NCBI GenBank assembly: GCA_963805855.1
Contig: CAWDVW010000005.1
Coordinates: forward strand, 736,001 to 800,000
From: Candidatus Dadabacteria bacterium
GTDB lineage: Bacteria > Desulfobacterota_D > UBA1144 > Nemesobacterales > CSP1-2
DNA: 64,000 nt
Reading direction: 5' to 3'
Shown here: positions 52,519 through 62,712 of the stretch, in pieces
Position numbering within the stretch: the stretch's first letter is position 1
How the letters are laid out: each line of letters begins with the position of its first letter
Notes under the pieces: model-generated
The model's database searches: none
The model's input: only the letters and a program-made list of their open reading frames with translations
What the model was told of the DNA's origin: nothing
Position numbers and translations under genes: made by a program

Positions 52519-52560
52519 TTCAGATTCTGTCCTGAAAATATCTGGCTATTAAAATGATGA

Positions 52561-55272
52561 CTAATGAGCCTCTGCCCAGCTCTTGCCCACTCCTATATCT
52601 ACCCTTACAGGAACCTCAAGAGTAAAGGCCCCTTCCATTTCCTCCTTTACCATCCCCGATATCACATCCAGTTCATCCTTATAGACCTCAAACAAAAGCT
52701 CATCATGAACCTGTAGAATCATCTTGGACTTATAGCCCGAAGCCAATTTATCATGTATTTTTATCATCGCAATATCTAAAATGTCTGCGGCCGAACCCTG
52801 TATAGGTGTATTGATCGCAGCCCTCTCCCCGATACCCCGCGCCGTCCTGTCGGTGGATGTCAGCTCCGGTATTGGTCTTCGCCTTCCAAGAATCGTTTCG
52901 GCATAGCCTCTATTTTGCGCAACTCGAACCGACTCCTCCATATAATTCTTTACACTACTATAACGCTTAAAGTATTCATTCATATAATTTCGAGCTATTG
53001 AAATCGAGGTGCCAAGCTGCCTTGCAAGCCCAAAGGCGCTTATCCCATAGATAATCCCGAAGTTGATATTCTTTGAAAGTCTTCTCATATCAGCGCTAAT
53101 CATATCTTCAGTGACTCCAAAGATCTCAGAAGCGGTTCGATTGTGGATATCACTTCCGGCCTTGAATGCAGCCCTCAGTCCCTCATCACCAGAGAAATGC
53201 GCAAGGAGCCTGAGCTCTATCTGCGAATAATCTGCAGATAGAAGCACGAACCCCTCTTGGGGAACAAAGGCTTTCCTGATCCTCTTTCCTTCCTCGGATC
53301 TTATCGGAATGTTTTGCAGATTAGGATCGCTCGAGCTGACCCTCCCCGTAGAGGTTCCCACCTGATTGAAAGAGGTATGTATTCTTCCCGTTTCAGGGTT
53401 GATGAGCTTAGGCAACGCATCCACATAGGTGGATTTAAGCTTCGAGAGCCCCCTGTATTCGAGTATTTTCTGGGGAACCGGATGCAGTCTGCTCAGATCA
53501 TTTAGCACATCGACATCAGTGGAGGGCTCACCAGTCCTTGTGAGTTTTTTCTTTGGCAATCCTAACCTGTCAAACAATACTTCTCTTAACTGGATCGGAG
53601 AATTCAGGTTAAATTCAAATCCAACCTGTTCGTATATGTGAATTGCCAAGTCTTCCAATCCGGCTTGAAACTCCGTAGATAAATCTTTTAAACGAGAAGA
53701 ATCGACTTTTACACCATTAATTTCCACCCTTGCGAGAACCTCAATCAGTTTAAGATAAACATCGTTGAAGACCTTAATAAGATTTATTTCTTCAAGTAAC
53801 GGAACCAGTTTCCTGCAAAGTAACAATGCGACATCGGCATCCTCACATGCATATACCTTAGCCTTCTCCAACTCCACCTCATCAAAATCGATCTTACTCC
53901 TTCCAGACCCCGTAACGTCTTTATAAGTAATTGTGTTATGACCAAGGTAGATCTTCGAAAGCTCATCTAAGCTATAGCTCATCCTGGAAGAATCCAGTAG
54001 ATGGGCTGCAATCATGGTATCGCAGTCGATTCCCCGAAGTCTTAATCCGTATTTTTCGAGGACAATATAGTCGTATTTCAGGTTCTGACCTATTTTCTTG
54101 ACTCCCTCATCTTCAACGATTGATTTTAGCTTCTCAAGAACATGATCAAGACTTAATTGCTTTCTGGAATCGACTAGAGACCTGTGAGCTACGGGTATAT
54201 AAAAAGCCTCATGTGGTACAATTGAAAGGGAAACCCCGACAATTTCCGCCCTCATAGGTTCCCGAGATGTAGTTTCGAGATCTAAGGAGACCTCTCCCGC
54301 CCCCTTTATTCGATTAATTACTTTCTCTAGCTCATCGTCAGAAAATACAAGGTGGTAGTTATCATAATAAACCTCACTTTCAATATTATTATCCTTATGT
54401 TTTGCTACAGCAGGATCGTTTATCTCGCCTATTTCACGCAGTAAGGATTTAAACTCCAACTCGTCAAAAATTCTTAGAACTTTGTCCTTATTAATCGCTT
54501 GAAATCTAAAATCCTCGACAGTAAATTTGATAGGAACATCGGTTTTGATGGTTACGAGCTTTTTACTTAGCAAGGCATTCTCTTTATTATCTTCTATTAA
54601 CTCCCTCTGCCTCTTACTCAGTTTGTCGAGGTTATCAAAAATGCCTTCTAAGGATCCATATTTACTGATTAGCTCTTTTGCGGTTTTGTCGCCAATACCC
54701 TTCACACCCGGAATATTGTCAATTGAGTCCCCGGCAAGTGCAAATACATCTGTAACCCTTTCAGGTGGAACACTAAATTTTTCACGAACATCCTCTAAGC
54801 CGGTTTCTTTATTCCTCATGGTATCAATAAGCGTAACACTCTCCGAGACGAGCTGGCTGAAATCCTTATCTCCGGTAATGACCACAACTTTTAGGCCCTT
54901 ATTTACTGAATCCCTCGTTATCGTTCCTATCAGGTCGTCCGCTTCATAACCCTCCATCTGGAACTTCGGTATGGCCAACGCATCGACCACCTCATAGATC
55001 TTCGGTATTTGTTGCTTCAGATCATCGGGTGGCTCCTCCCTGTTGGCTTTGTAAAGCGGGTAGATTTCGTCCCTGAATGTTTTACCCTTTGAATCAAAAA
55101 CAATTGCCAGATAATCAGGCTTATAATCCTTCAGAAACTTGAAAATCATGTTTGTAAACCCGTAGATAGCGTTTGTAGGAAATCCCTTAGAATTGCTTAG
55201 GCTTCTGATCGCATGATATGCTCGAAATATGTAGGAGCTACCATCGATGAGATATAAAGTCGGTTCTTTCAC
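52561..55272 (-). CDS. polA: DNA polymerase I
   Basis: 5'-3' exo (LIDGSS, EADD, TGDKD), 3'-5' exo (DLET), pol motifs ADYSQIELR and QVHDEL. Confidence 0.98.
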   Translation of the reverse strand: MKEPTLYLIDGSSYIFRAYHAIRSLSNSKGFPTNAIYGFTNMIFKFLKDYKPDYLAIVFDSKGKTFRDEIYPLYKANREEPPDDLKQQIPKIYEVVDALAIPKFQMEGYEADDLIGTITRDSVNKGLKVVVITGDKDFSQLVSESVTLIDTMRNKETGLEDVREKFSVPPERVTDVFALAGDSIDNIPGVKGIGDKTAKELISKYGSLEGIFDNLDKLSKRQRELIEDNKENALLSKKLVTIKTDVPIKFTVEDFRFQAINKDKVLRIFDELEFKSLLREIGEINDPAVAKHKDNNIESEVYYDNYHLVFSDDELEKVINRIKGAGEVSLDLETTSREPMRAEIVGVSLSIVPHEAFYIPVAHRSLVDSRKQLSLDHVLEKLKSIVEDEGVKKIGQNLKYDYIVLEKYGLRLRGIDCDTMIAAHLLDSSRMSYSLDELSKIYLGHNTITYKDVTGSGRSKIDFDEVELEKAKVYACEDADVALLLCRKLVPLLEEINLIKVFNDVYLKLIEVLARVEINGVKVDSSRLKDLSTEFQAGLEDLAIHIYEQVGFEFNLNSPIQLREVLFDRLGLPKKKLTRTGEPSTDVDVLNDLSRLHPVPQKILEYRGLSKLKSTYVDALPKLINPETGRIHTSFNQVGTSTGRVSSSDPNLQNIPIRSEEGKRIRKAFVPQEGFVLLSADYSQIELRLLAHFSGDEGLRAAFKAGSDIHNRTASEIFGVTEDMISADMRRLSKNINFGIIYGISAFGLARQLGTSISIARNYMNEYFKRYSSVKNYMEESVRVAQNRGYAETILGRRRPIPELTSTDRTARGIGERAAINTPIQGSAADILDIAMIKIHDKLASGYKSKMILQVHDELLFEVYKDELDVISGMVKEEMEGAFTLEVPVRVDIGVGKSWAEAH

Positions 55273-55280
55273 TCTACTAC

Positions 55281-55309
55281 ATTGTAGGATTCTTAAGGTG
55301 ATGTGTCAA
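55281..55309 (-). promoter_or_regulatory. sigma70 promoter of polA (near-leaderless)
   Basis: TTGACA-17 nt-TACAAT ending 8 nt before the GTG start; no SD. Confidence 0.6.
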
Positions 55310-55529
55310 AGCAATCATGAATGATGATGTAGGAATACTGCAGACTGCGACGGGTGTTCCGAACAATGCTAAGAGCATGAATACGATCATTTTAAAAGAT
55401 GCGCAGAGTCTTGCAGAAGATGTGCTGATGAATGCCCTAAATTGGTTATCCCATAACGAAGCTCATTATCCGCATGATCAAGATTTTTGTAATAAGCAAT
55501 CAGCTATCAAAACTATACTTAAATTAAAA

Positions 55530-55550
55530 GAGGCTGCCGGCGGCAGCCTC
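55530..55550 (-). terminator. intrinsic terminator of the STAS-ECF-DM13-cupin unit
   Basis: GAGGCTGCC-GGC-GGCAGCCTC 9-bp stem followed by TTTTAATTT on the minus strand. Confidence 0.65.
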
Positions 55551-55606
55551 CAATTTGTTCGATTTTGCACACAAGTATCAAAGCTTAAAACCTGAAAGCG
55601 GAAGCC

Positions 55607-56077
55607 CTATAAATATTTAATCGCGTATTTTCTGGAAAGCGCATCAATTTGCTCGTCTGTTGGATCTCCAGCCGCAAATAGATCAGCCAACTCGACGAAA
55701 TAATTATCAAACTGGCCCGGCAATATTGTATCCATGAGCCTGCTCGGCTTATCCCCAATATTTGTAAAGCCATGAGGAATACCTCTTGGTAATAGTGCCA
55801 TCACTCCTGGAACTGCCGTCATCTTTTGATCCCCAAGACTGACTTCAATTTCTCCTTCCAAGAGATAGACAAGCTCATCTTCACGTTCATGAACATGAAG
55901 TGCTACACCCTTTCCGGGTGGTGTAACAATCTCTATCACAGAGAAAACATCATTGGTGTCCTCGCTCTTTACCTTGTGAAAAAACTGACTGCCTACCATG
56001 TTTAACTCTTCACCACCGCCGGGCGGGACTATAATTGGTTCTTGCTCAAAGGCGACATCCTTTATCTTTAATTCCAT
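55607..56077 (-). CDS. cupin domain protein
   Basis: LHVHEREDE, PRGIPHGF metal-binding motifs. Confidence 0.9.
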   Translation of the reverse strand: MELKIKDVAFEQEPIIVPPGGGEELNMVGSQFFHKVKSEDTNDVFSVIEIVTPPGKGVALHVHEREDELVYLLEGEIEVSLGDQKMTAVPGVMALLPRGIPHGFTNIGDKPSRLMDTILPGQFDNYFVELADLFAAGDPTDEQIDALSRKYAIKYL

Positions 56078-56187
56078 TGTATTTACCTCCGTTTTTTGTA
56101 TTTTTCCATATTCCTGCTCAAACCCTACTTCAACTAATAAAAATGACTCTCCGCAAGAAGCAGAGAGACTACTAATTGGCTTACCTG

Positions 56188-56658
56188 CTATAAGACCAGG
56201 GCTACCCTAGGCTTTAACGCACCCATAGTCTCTGCGCGCCTTTTCAGGTGTGCCGTTCCAAAAACAATGTTAAACTTCTTACACCACACTACGACAGAGA
56301 CATACTGATCCAAAGCCACGCCTTCTGGTACCTGATATACTTGTGTGCCATTTAAGCTTTTTAACCTACCCAGCGATACAAAATCACCCTGGTCATATCC
56401 CATTGGGGGATTCTTTTTATGAAGCAACAGATGTAGATCAGGACCCTCCGCCGTGGAAAAGTCGTCACCTAGTCGGACGTAGATACGATTCTCTTTTTGG
56501 AGAATCTCTACGGTCCCTGTTGTTTCATGATCCGCGTCAACCGTAACAAATTTCCCAGAGTCTAACACTTCCGCAGCTCTGACGCTTTCATATCCTATAC
56601 ACATAAGCGTCATGGCCCCTATCAAAAAAACTTTTAGTACGCCTAATGTCGTAACCAT
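56188..56658 (-). CDS. DM13 domain secreted protein
   Basis: HETTG, GPDLHLLL, LGRLKSLNG.Q.Y, VVVWCKKFNIVFG. Confidence 0.88.
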   Translation of the reverse strand: MVTTLGVLKVFLIGAMTLMCIGYESVRAAEVLDSGKFVTVDADHETTGTVEILQKENRIYVRLGDDFSTAEGPDLHLLLHKKNPPMGYDQGDFVSLGRLKSLNGTQVYQVPEGVALDQYVSVVVWCKKFNIVFGTAHLKRRAETMGALKPRVALVL

Positions 56659-56724
56659 TTGATCACCTCCTACAGAAACATTTTGTTAATGCGCTAACTT
56701 GTTGCATCTTCATACCAAATCGGC

Positions 56725-57432
56725 TTACACTGCTTCACTCCATTCGTGAAAATAATCTGAAAGTTTATCCCTTAGAGAAAGCCTTGCCCTGTGAAGCCTA
56801 GACTTGACTGCAGGAAGGGATAGTTCTAGTATCTTTCCAACCTCCGGATTCGAAAGACCTTCTACATGCCTTAAATGAAACACAATCCTATATTTTTCCG
56901 GAAGATCGCTGATTGCCTTTTCTATTTGTTCCATTCCCTCTCTTTCGATAAGGATCTTATCAATTGAGTAACTCCAATCTCTTATCTCGAATCCACCTAC
57001 GTTTCCATTGCCATGATATGCTCGAGAACCATCCAGGCTGATTCGTTTCTCATAATCATTTTGTTTCCTAAGAAACCCCAAAGTTGCGTGCATTGCCACT
57101 CGATAGAGCCAGGTAGAGAATTTTGCCTCTTGGCGAAAGGTATGTAGCTTCTCTACCAGCGTTATAAAAACCTCTTGGAGCAGGTCATCGGCATATCGCA
57201 CATTGTTTGTGATTCTATATGCGAGTCTGTGAATCTTCTCGCCATAGCGATTGACTATTTCATTAAAAGCCCACTCGTCTTCTTTTTCCAGATAGAGCTT
57301 AACCAAAACTTCGTCAGATAAATCATTGTAATCTAATCCGGCGATGTCTTCTGAGTAATCTCGCGCTAAGGATTCGGCGATATAAGATCCCGTGTTTATT
57401 TGGTCTGCGACCGAAAGGCTAGCATTCATCAT
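56725..57432 (-). CDS. ECF RNA polymerase sigma factor
   Basis: DLLQEVF, FSTWLYRVA (region 2); LPEKYR..EGLS..VKSRLHRAR (region 4). Confidence 0.93.
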   Translation of the reverse strand: MMNASLSVADQINTGSYIAESLARDYSEDIAGLDYNDLSDEVLVKLYLEKEDEWAFNEIVNRYGEKIHRLAYRITNNVRYADDLLQEVFITLVEKLHTFRQEAKFSTWLYRVAMHATLGFLRKQNDYEKRISLDGSRAYHGNGNVGGFEIRDWSYSIDKILIEREGMEQIEKAISDLPEKYRIVFHLRHVEGLSNPEVGKILELSLPAVKSRLHRARLSLRDKLSDYFHEWSEAV

Positions 57433-57434
57433 AT

Positions 57435-57734
57435 CTAATCTCCTCTATTGATGGATATCAAATCTTTTAAGAGCGCCTCTATGAACATAGGGCAATTGAT
57501 TATTTGCAAATTTTCGTCTTTAATGCTCTCTAGCATTTTCACTCCATCGGTATCAATATAAGAAACGCCGGACACATCTAATAAAACCGTCTTTTCTTCA
57601 TTTTTTGTATATTTCACGCACTCTTCCGTGAGAAGCGATATACAAGTGCCAACCAATTTTCCGTCCACTTTCAGTTTTATAGTTTCTTCGTCTTCGAACA
57701 TTTCTGTAATCCTAAACATTCTCGTATCCACCAT
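57435..57734 (-). CDS. STAS domain protein (anti-anti-sigma-like)
   Basis: LKVDGKL, LDVSGVSYIDTDG. Confidence 0.8.
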   Translation of the reverse strand: MVDTRMFRITEMFEDEETIKLKVDGKLVGTCISLLTEECVKYTKNEEKTVLLDVSGVSYIDTDGVKMLESIKDENLQIINCPMFIEALLKDLISINRGD

Positions 57735-57768
57735 ATCTCCGGGCTCAAGTTGTTTGGTCTAGCATAGG

Positions 57769-57784
57769 TGCAAGTGGTGTGCCA
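57769..57784 (-). promoter_or_regulatory. sigma54 -24/-12 promoter
   Basis: TGGCAC-ACCAC-TTGCA consensus on the minus strand, 35 nt upstream of the STAS start. Confidence 0.85.
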
Positions 57785-58262
57785 AGTATGAAGAAAGCCA
57801 CTAAGCCCTTGACTTAATTGATTTACTTAGCGTGATCACGATTTTTCTCCAATTCTTCTGAAAGACAGAAGCTTCGAGATTTAGCGGACGCCGTGAAATA
57901 TAAAAGCCGCAAGGTCTATATTTTAGTTATCTTAGACCGTCCCTAACCTCCCAGATTTATCATTTGAGTTCATTGGAAATAAGTGCGATTCCTATCTTGG
58001 CTTCATTCATGGAAGCTTTAACGTTGAGTTCGACCTCCTTTCGCATAAGACCTCCGGATTACAAATTGGAGAAAACCCATTTGATTCTAGGTCCGGTCAA
58101 CCACTTACAACTCACGTGGATGTTTGTTATCCTGTATTACGTTGAGTGAAATATCACATGTGTTTAAAATTCATAAACCTAGGTTATATTTAAGAATCTT
58201 ATAGCTTCCGGACTGTACTCATTTAGTAAAAAAGATCAGGAGAATCAACGGGGGAGAAGACT

Positions 58263-60704
58263 TTGAAGGCGAAAGAGGAGAATTTCCGAAAGATTTTTCA
58301 TCACTCCAATGATGCCATATTTGTCATTGATCCGCCCAACGATAAAATTCTTGAGGTCAATCCAAAGGCCTGCCAAATGCTCGGTTACTCCAAAAAAGAA
58401 CTCTTGTCCATGAAAGTTTCCGATGTTCACCCTTATGAAATGCCTAAGTTGCTTGATTTTACAAAGTCGGTTGCCAAGATTGGACACGGATGGACCAATG
58501 AGCTTACATGTCTCACAAAAAATGGGGATTCCCTTTCTGCTGAGATTTCAGCGTCAACAATAGATCTAGCTGGAAGCAACTGTATTATTGCAATGGTGCG
58601 TGATATTACAGAACGCAAGCAGATGGAAGAAGCACTTAGGAAAACACGTGATGGCCTGGAACTCAAAGTAACCGAAAGAACCGCCGAACTTTCAAAAACG
58701 ATTGAAACACTCAAAGAACAAATAGGAGAGCGAAAGCGAGTCGAGGGAGCTTTAAAGAGATTAAAACGACAAGATGAGCTTATTTTGAACGCAGCGGGTG
58801 AGGGGATCTATGGCCTAGACTCTGAGGGGAGAACTACATTCGTTAATCCGGCCGCAGCCAAGATGATCGGCTGGGACGCAGAAGAACTGATTGGCAAACC
58901 CCAGCACGATATTCTTCATCACTCGAAACCCGATGGCACTCCTTACCCTCGGGAAGACTGTCCGATCTACGCAGCATTTAAAGACGGAATTGTTCACCAT
59001 GTGGATATTGAGGCTTTTTGGAGAAAGGATGGCACGAGTTTTCCGGTTGAATACACAAGCACCCCGATTTGGGAAGACGGAAAACTGGTGGGCGCGGTGG
59101 TGGTATTTAAGGATATCACAGAGCGTAAGTGGGCGGAGGAAGCACTTAACGAAACCCTCGCTCAGCTCTCCAAAAAGAATCGTTACGAGACAATTATTGG
59201 CACTGTAACTCGGAGTGTGCATCAGTCAATCAATCTCCAGGAGGTTTTGGAAAATGCAGTTGAGTCGATGAGTAAGAATATTGATAAGGTGCAGCACGCC
59301 GCAATTTATCTTGTTGAAAGTAATGAGGCAGTCATGAAAGCTCATAGGGGTTACTTGGATTGGTTCGTCAGGAGGGTGGGAAGAATCCCCTATCCAAAGG
59401 GACTTACCTGGAAGACTATTATAGAGGGAAAGACCAGGTATTGTGCAGACGTAGACCAAGATAATTCCATTGGCCCGGCTGGAAGGGAAGCGGGAATAAA
59501 AAGCTATGTCTCCATGCCAATTACTTGCGAAGCAAAGACTGTAGGTGCTCTAAATGTATCTTCCCTACAGAAGAATACGTTTAGCGAAGAGGAGGTAAAT
59601 CTACTTGAAATAGTGACCCAGCAAATCGGGATAGCGATTAATAACGCAAAGCAGGCAGAGGCGTTACGAAAAGCGCTCGAAGAAGTGGAACAGCTTAAGG
59701 ACCGGCTCCAGGCCGAAAATGTCTATCTACAGGAAGAGATTAAAACTGAATACGATTTTGAAGAAATCGTAGGTCAGAGCGAAGCGCTCCAGAAGGTACT
59801 TCGAAAAGTGGAACAAGTGGCTCCGACTAATACCACTGTTTTGATTCAGGGTGAAACCGGTACAGGCAAGGAACTGATCGCCCGTGCGATTCATAGCCTG
59901 AGCCCACGCAAGAACAGACCCCTTGTAAAAGTGAATTGCGCAGCAATCTCAGCAGGATTGGTAGAAAGTGAATTGTTTGGCCATGAAAAAGGTGCTTTTA
60001 CAGGAGCTATACAGCAGCGAGGTGGTCGTTTCGAACTGGCAGACGGTGGAACCATATTTTTAGATGAAGTTGGAGATTTGCCTCTTGACACACAGGTTAA
60101 ACTCTTACGAGTGCTCCAGGAGGGCGAATTTGAACGCGTAGGTAGCAGTAAGTCAATCAAAGTCGATTTGCGAATTATTGCCGCAACAAACCGGAATCTG
60201 GTAGAGGCCGTAAAAGAAGGGACATTTCGCTCTGACCTCTTCTATCGACTGAGTGTTTTTCCAATGGAGGTACCACCCGTAAGAGAGCGAAAATCTGATG
60301 TTCCCCTCTTAGTAAGCTTCTTTCTTGGTAAATTTGCTAAGAGTTTAGGAAAAAAAATCGAAGGGGTTTCCAAAGATACTTTAGGTTTATTAGTGGACTA
60401 TTCTTGGCCAGGAAACATAAGGGAATTGCAAAATGTGATCGAGCGAGCTACTGTTCTTTCACGGGACCCAGTCCTCCGCATTGATGAATCTATGATTCTG
60501 GGGCTCGATGCGGGGCCAGAAGCTGATTTGGCAAAACCTGACTCAAAAAGACTTGAGGATATTGAACGTTTACACATTTTCGGTGTTCTTGAAGAGACCG
60601 ACTGGGTGATTGAGGGTAAGCACGGGGCTGCCTCAATTCTTGGTCTTAATCCCAGCACTCTTCGGTCTCGTATGCGAAAAATGGGTATCAAAAAGCTGGG
60701 GTAA
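58263..60704 (+). CDS. PAS-PAS-GAF sigma54-dependent activator (FhlA/NtrC family)
   Basis: GETGTGKE, ESELFGHEKGAFTGA, FLDEVG, C-terminal HTH. Confidence 0.94.
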   Translation: MKAKEENFRKIFHHSNDAIFVIDPPNDKILEVNPKACQMLGYSKKELLSMKVSDVHPYEMPKLLDFTKSVAKIGHGWTNELTCLTKNGDSLSAEISASTIDLAGSNCIIAMVRDITERKQMEEALRKTRDGLELKVTERTAELSKTIETLKEQIGERKRVEGALKRLKRQDELILNAAGEGIYGLDSEGRTTFVNPAAAKMIGWDAEELIGKPQHDILHHSKPDGTPYPREDCPIYAAFKDGIVHHVDIEAFWRKDGTSFPVEYTSTPIWEDGKLVGAVVVFKDITERKWAEEALNETLAQLSKKNRYETIIGTVTRSVHQSINLQEVLENAVESMSKNIDKVQHAAIYLVESNEAVMKAHRGYLDWFVRRVGRIPYPKGLTWKTIIEGKTRYCADVDQDNSIGPAGREAGIKSYVSMPITCEAKTVGALNVSSLQKNTFSEEEVNLLEIVTQQIGIAINNAKQAEALRKALEEVEQLKDRLQAENVYLQEEIKTEYDFEEIVGQSEALQKVLRKVEQVAPTNTTVLIQGETGTGKELIARAIHSLSPRKNRPLVKVNCAAISAGLVESELFGHEKGAFTGAIQQRGGRFELADGGTIFLDEVGDLPLDTQVKLLRVLQEGEFERVGSSKSIKVDLRIIAATNRNLVEAVKEGTFRSDLFYRLSVFPMEVPPVRERKSDVPLLVSFFLGKFAKSLGKKIEGVSKDTLGLLVDYSWPGNIRELQNVIERATVLSRDPVLRIDESMILGLDAGPEADLAKPDSKRLEDIERLHIFGVLEETDWVIEGKHGAASILGLNPSTLRSRMRKMGIKKLG

Positions 60705-61172
60705 TCTGACTTTTAGAATAGTGGTTATTTTGTTGGGCGCGTAACCATAGTTAGACTGCAAAAAATGTAGTCTACGGCCTTTTCAACGTAAAAATCAAAA
60801 GAAGGTCGCCTCCGAAGCCACGGGTACCCCCAGATTAGGTGATGTTTTTATTGATGGGGATTTAGCCGATCGGACCTCGTCAACAAACACCGCACCATCT
60901 GGTTATCTTTTATTATTGAGTTTACAACCTCAACTTCTCCAGCTTGACTGAAAATGTCATGAAAGGCCTCTTCGACACTTTCTGGTAAAAACCATTCTCC
61001 CATATGGGGCCAGTAATGCTTCGAATCCGTGGGGAGTGAGATGTCTGCTACACGGCTACAAACAGCGAAAAAGACTTTTTTCCAGTCTCCGTCTGAAAAA
61101 ATAGATGGCTTCTTAATGTTCAGCGGAGTTCATATTCCCAGGAAACAGGGGCCTGTACCTAGGCTTCACCAT

Positions 61173-61781
61173 CTATTGTTTCGGTTTAACTGCCCTTAGC
61201 ACTGGATAGTATTGTGTAAAGACCCAGTCATCAGCAGCATTACCCTGATGACAGACATTGCAGTCCGCCACAGGATTTTTCTTGGTCGTTTCAGGATAGG
61301 GAGGCGCCTCATGACTAAATGTGAAATACGCCCAGTATCCTGGCTCATCCTTGAAACGTTTCGAGTCTTTAATTGCTGCCTCGAGCCCTATAAAGTCACC
61401 CTCAAAAAAGCCCTTACCGCTCGCTGCCTGAGTTGCGCCAACACTTACGAGCTCCTTTATGAGAACTGTACCTTCGCGGAATTGACCGGTCTTACTGTAA
61501 TGTTCAAAACTTTCGAGATCGATGTACACATTATGGAACTCGGGGAATGCGGCTTCTGGCGGATTCAGGGAGTTTGGCGTGACCGGCGTACCGACATAAA
61601 CCCACTTTCTCCATTCAAAGTTCTTCGGTTGGATCAGGTCACCCTTCTCATTATACCTGACAGCTTCTTCGGCTTCAGAAGGTAGGCCGAAAAATCCTGT
61701 GGACAAGGTAAACACTACAGTGAGTACCAAAAGTATCCAAACAGCCCCTCCCCTTTCGCCTGTAAATGATAATCTATACAT
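61173..61781 (-). CDS. cytochrome P460 family protein
   Basis: signal peptide, WVYVGT, FREGTVLIKELVSVG, GLEAAIKD, CNVCH, VFTQYYPVLR. Confidence 0.92.
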   Translation of the reverse strand: MYRLSFTGERGGAVWILLVLTVVFTLSTGFFGLPSEAEEAVRYNEKGDLIQPKNFEWRKWVYVGTPVTPNSLNPPEAAFPEFHNVYIDLESFEHYSKTGQFREGTVLIKELVSVGATQAASGKGFFEGDFIGLEAAIKDSKRFKDEPGYWAYFTFSHEAPPYPETTKKNPVADCNVCHQGNAADDWVFTQYYPVLRAVKPKQ

Positions 61782-61971
61782 AACACACCTCCTTAAGGTT
61801 ATTTAAAATTTTGTCTTCTACATCATTATCTGCCCTTAAAAAGCCGGAGATTGAAATCCCCATCTTTTCACAGGCTGCCAGAGGCCACATTTGCTTTCAA
61901 TCTCCATTGCACAGTCATTAGTTACTGGTCAAATCTCTACGCTGTCTCCATAATAGATCTATGATTACGGA

Positions 61972-62529
61972 TCAACCTAACGATGACGGTTTATTGTTTA
62001 ACCCATCAAGAGCCTCTCCGAACGACCAGATCGAGGCTCCGAGCAGCACTATATCCTTAATCAGGAACTGCCCCGGGACAGTTGATAGAGCAGGGAATCC
62101 TCCCAGGCTCGGCTCCCAACCCGGAGTGGAAAGCAGAAAACTTAATGTTGTAAGAAACATTCCAACCGCCAGGGTACTTCCAATCAATGCTAATTTGGCC
62201 GAAAAAGGCCGCACTGCGATCATTAACGCGATTGAGATCTCGATGATACCAAGCAGGCTTGAAAACCCACGCACACTCAGCAACCCATACATCCAACCAA
62301 GAATTGGACTGTTTGCCACGAGTGGTTGAATCCCATAGGCTTCGTAGGCGGTGAATTTCATGCCAGCGATCCAAGCAATAACCAGGACGAGCCCGTATCG
62401 GATCACGAATGACCCTATAGCTTGTATCTTATTGCTTACCTCCGATCCGCGGCCCCTCTCCGGGTCCTCAATCGCTTCATCTTCTTTTCGTAATATCTGC
62501 TCTTCAGTTAAGGCTGTTAAGTTTCTCAT
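61972..62529 (-). CDS. DUF417/YkgB (RclC-like) membrane protein
   Basis: RYGLVLVIAWIAGMKF..YEA.GI.PLVANSP, TTLSFLLSTPG, QFLIKD. Confidence 0.9.
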   Translation of the reverse strand: MRNLTALTEEQILRKEDEAIEDPERGRGSEVSNKIQAIGSFVIRYGLVLVIAWIAGMKFTAYEAYGIQPLVANSPILGWMYGLLSVRGFSSLLGIIEISIALMIAVRPFSAKLALIGSTLAVGMFLTTLSFLLSTPGWEPSLGGFPALSTVPGQFLIKDIVLLGASIWSFGEALDGLNNKPSSLG

Positions 62530-62712
62530 TTCTTACCCCTCTTTTGGTTTATTATTATTGCTCATGTCCGAGCATTCGCTACGCATCGTTTAAACGGCTT
62601 ATGTTCTTACTGCAGTGGGGGTTTCCCCAATTAATGATGTCACGTCCCAAGCGACCTCCTTTTTATCATTTGAGTTGAGATAGGAGTACGACTCGGGTCC
62701 CCTATCTCTTAG

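Noticed and set aside
51809-52535. ORFs 51809-52048 and 52146-52535
   Set aside because: Repeat-rich intergenic DNA. The first could be a membrane-protein fragment but I cannot assign it.
55317-55595. 92-aa plus-strand ORF
   Set aside because: It spans a terminator hairpin and has no RBS or recognisable domain.
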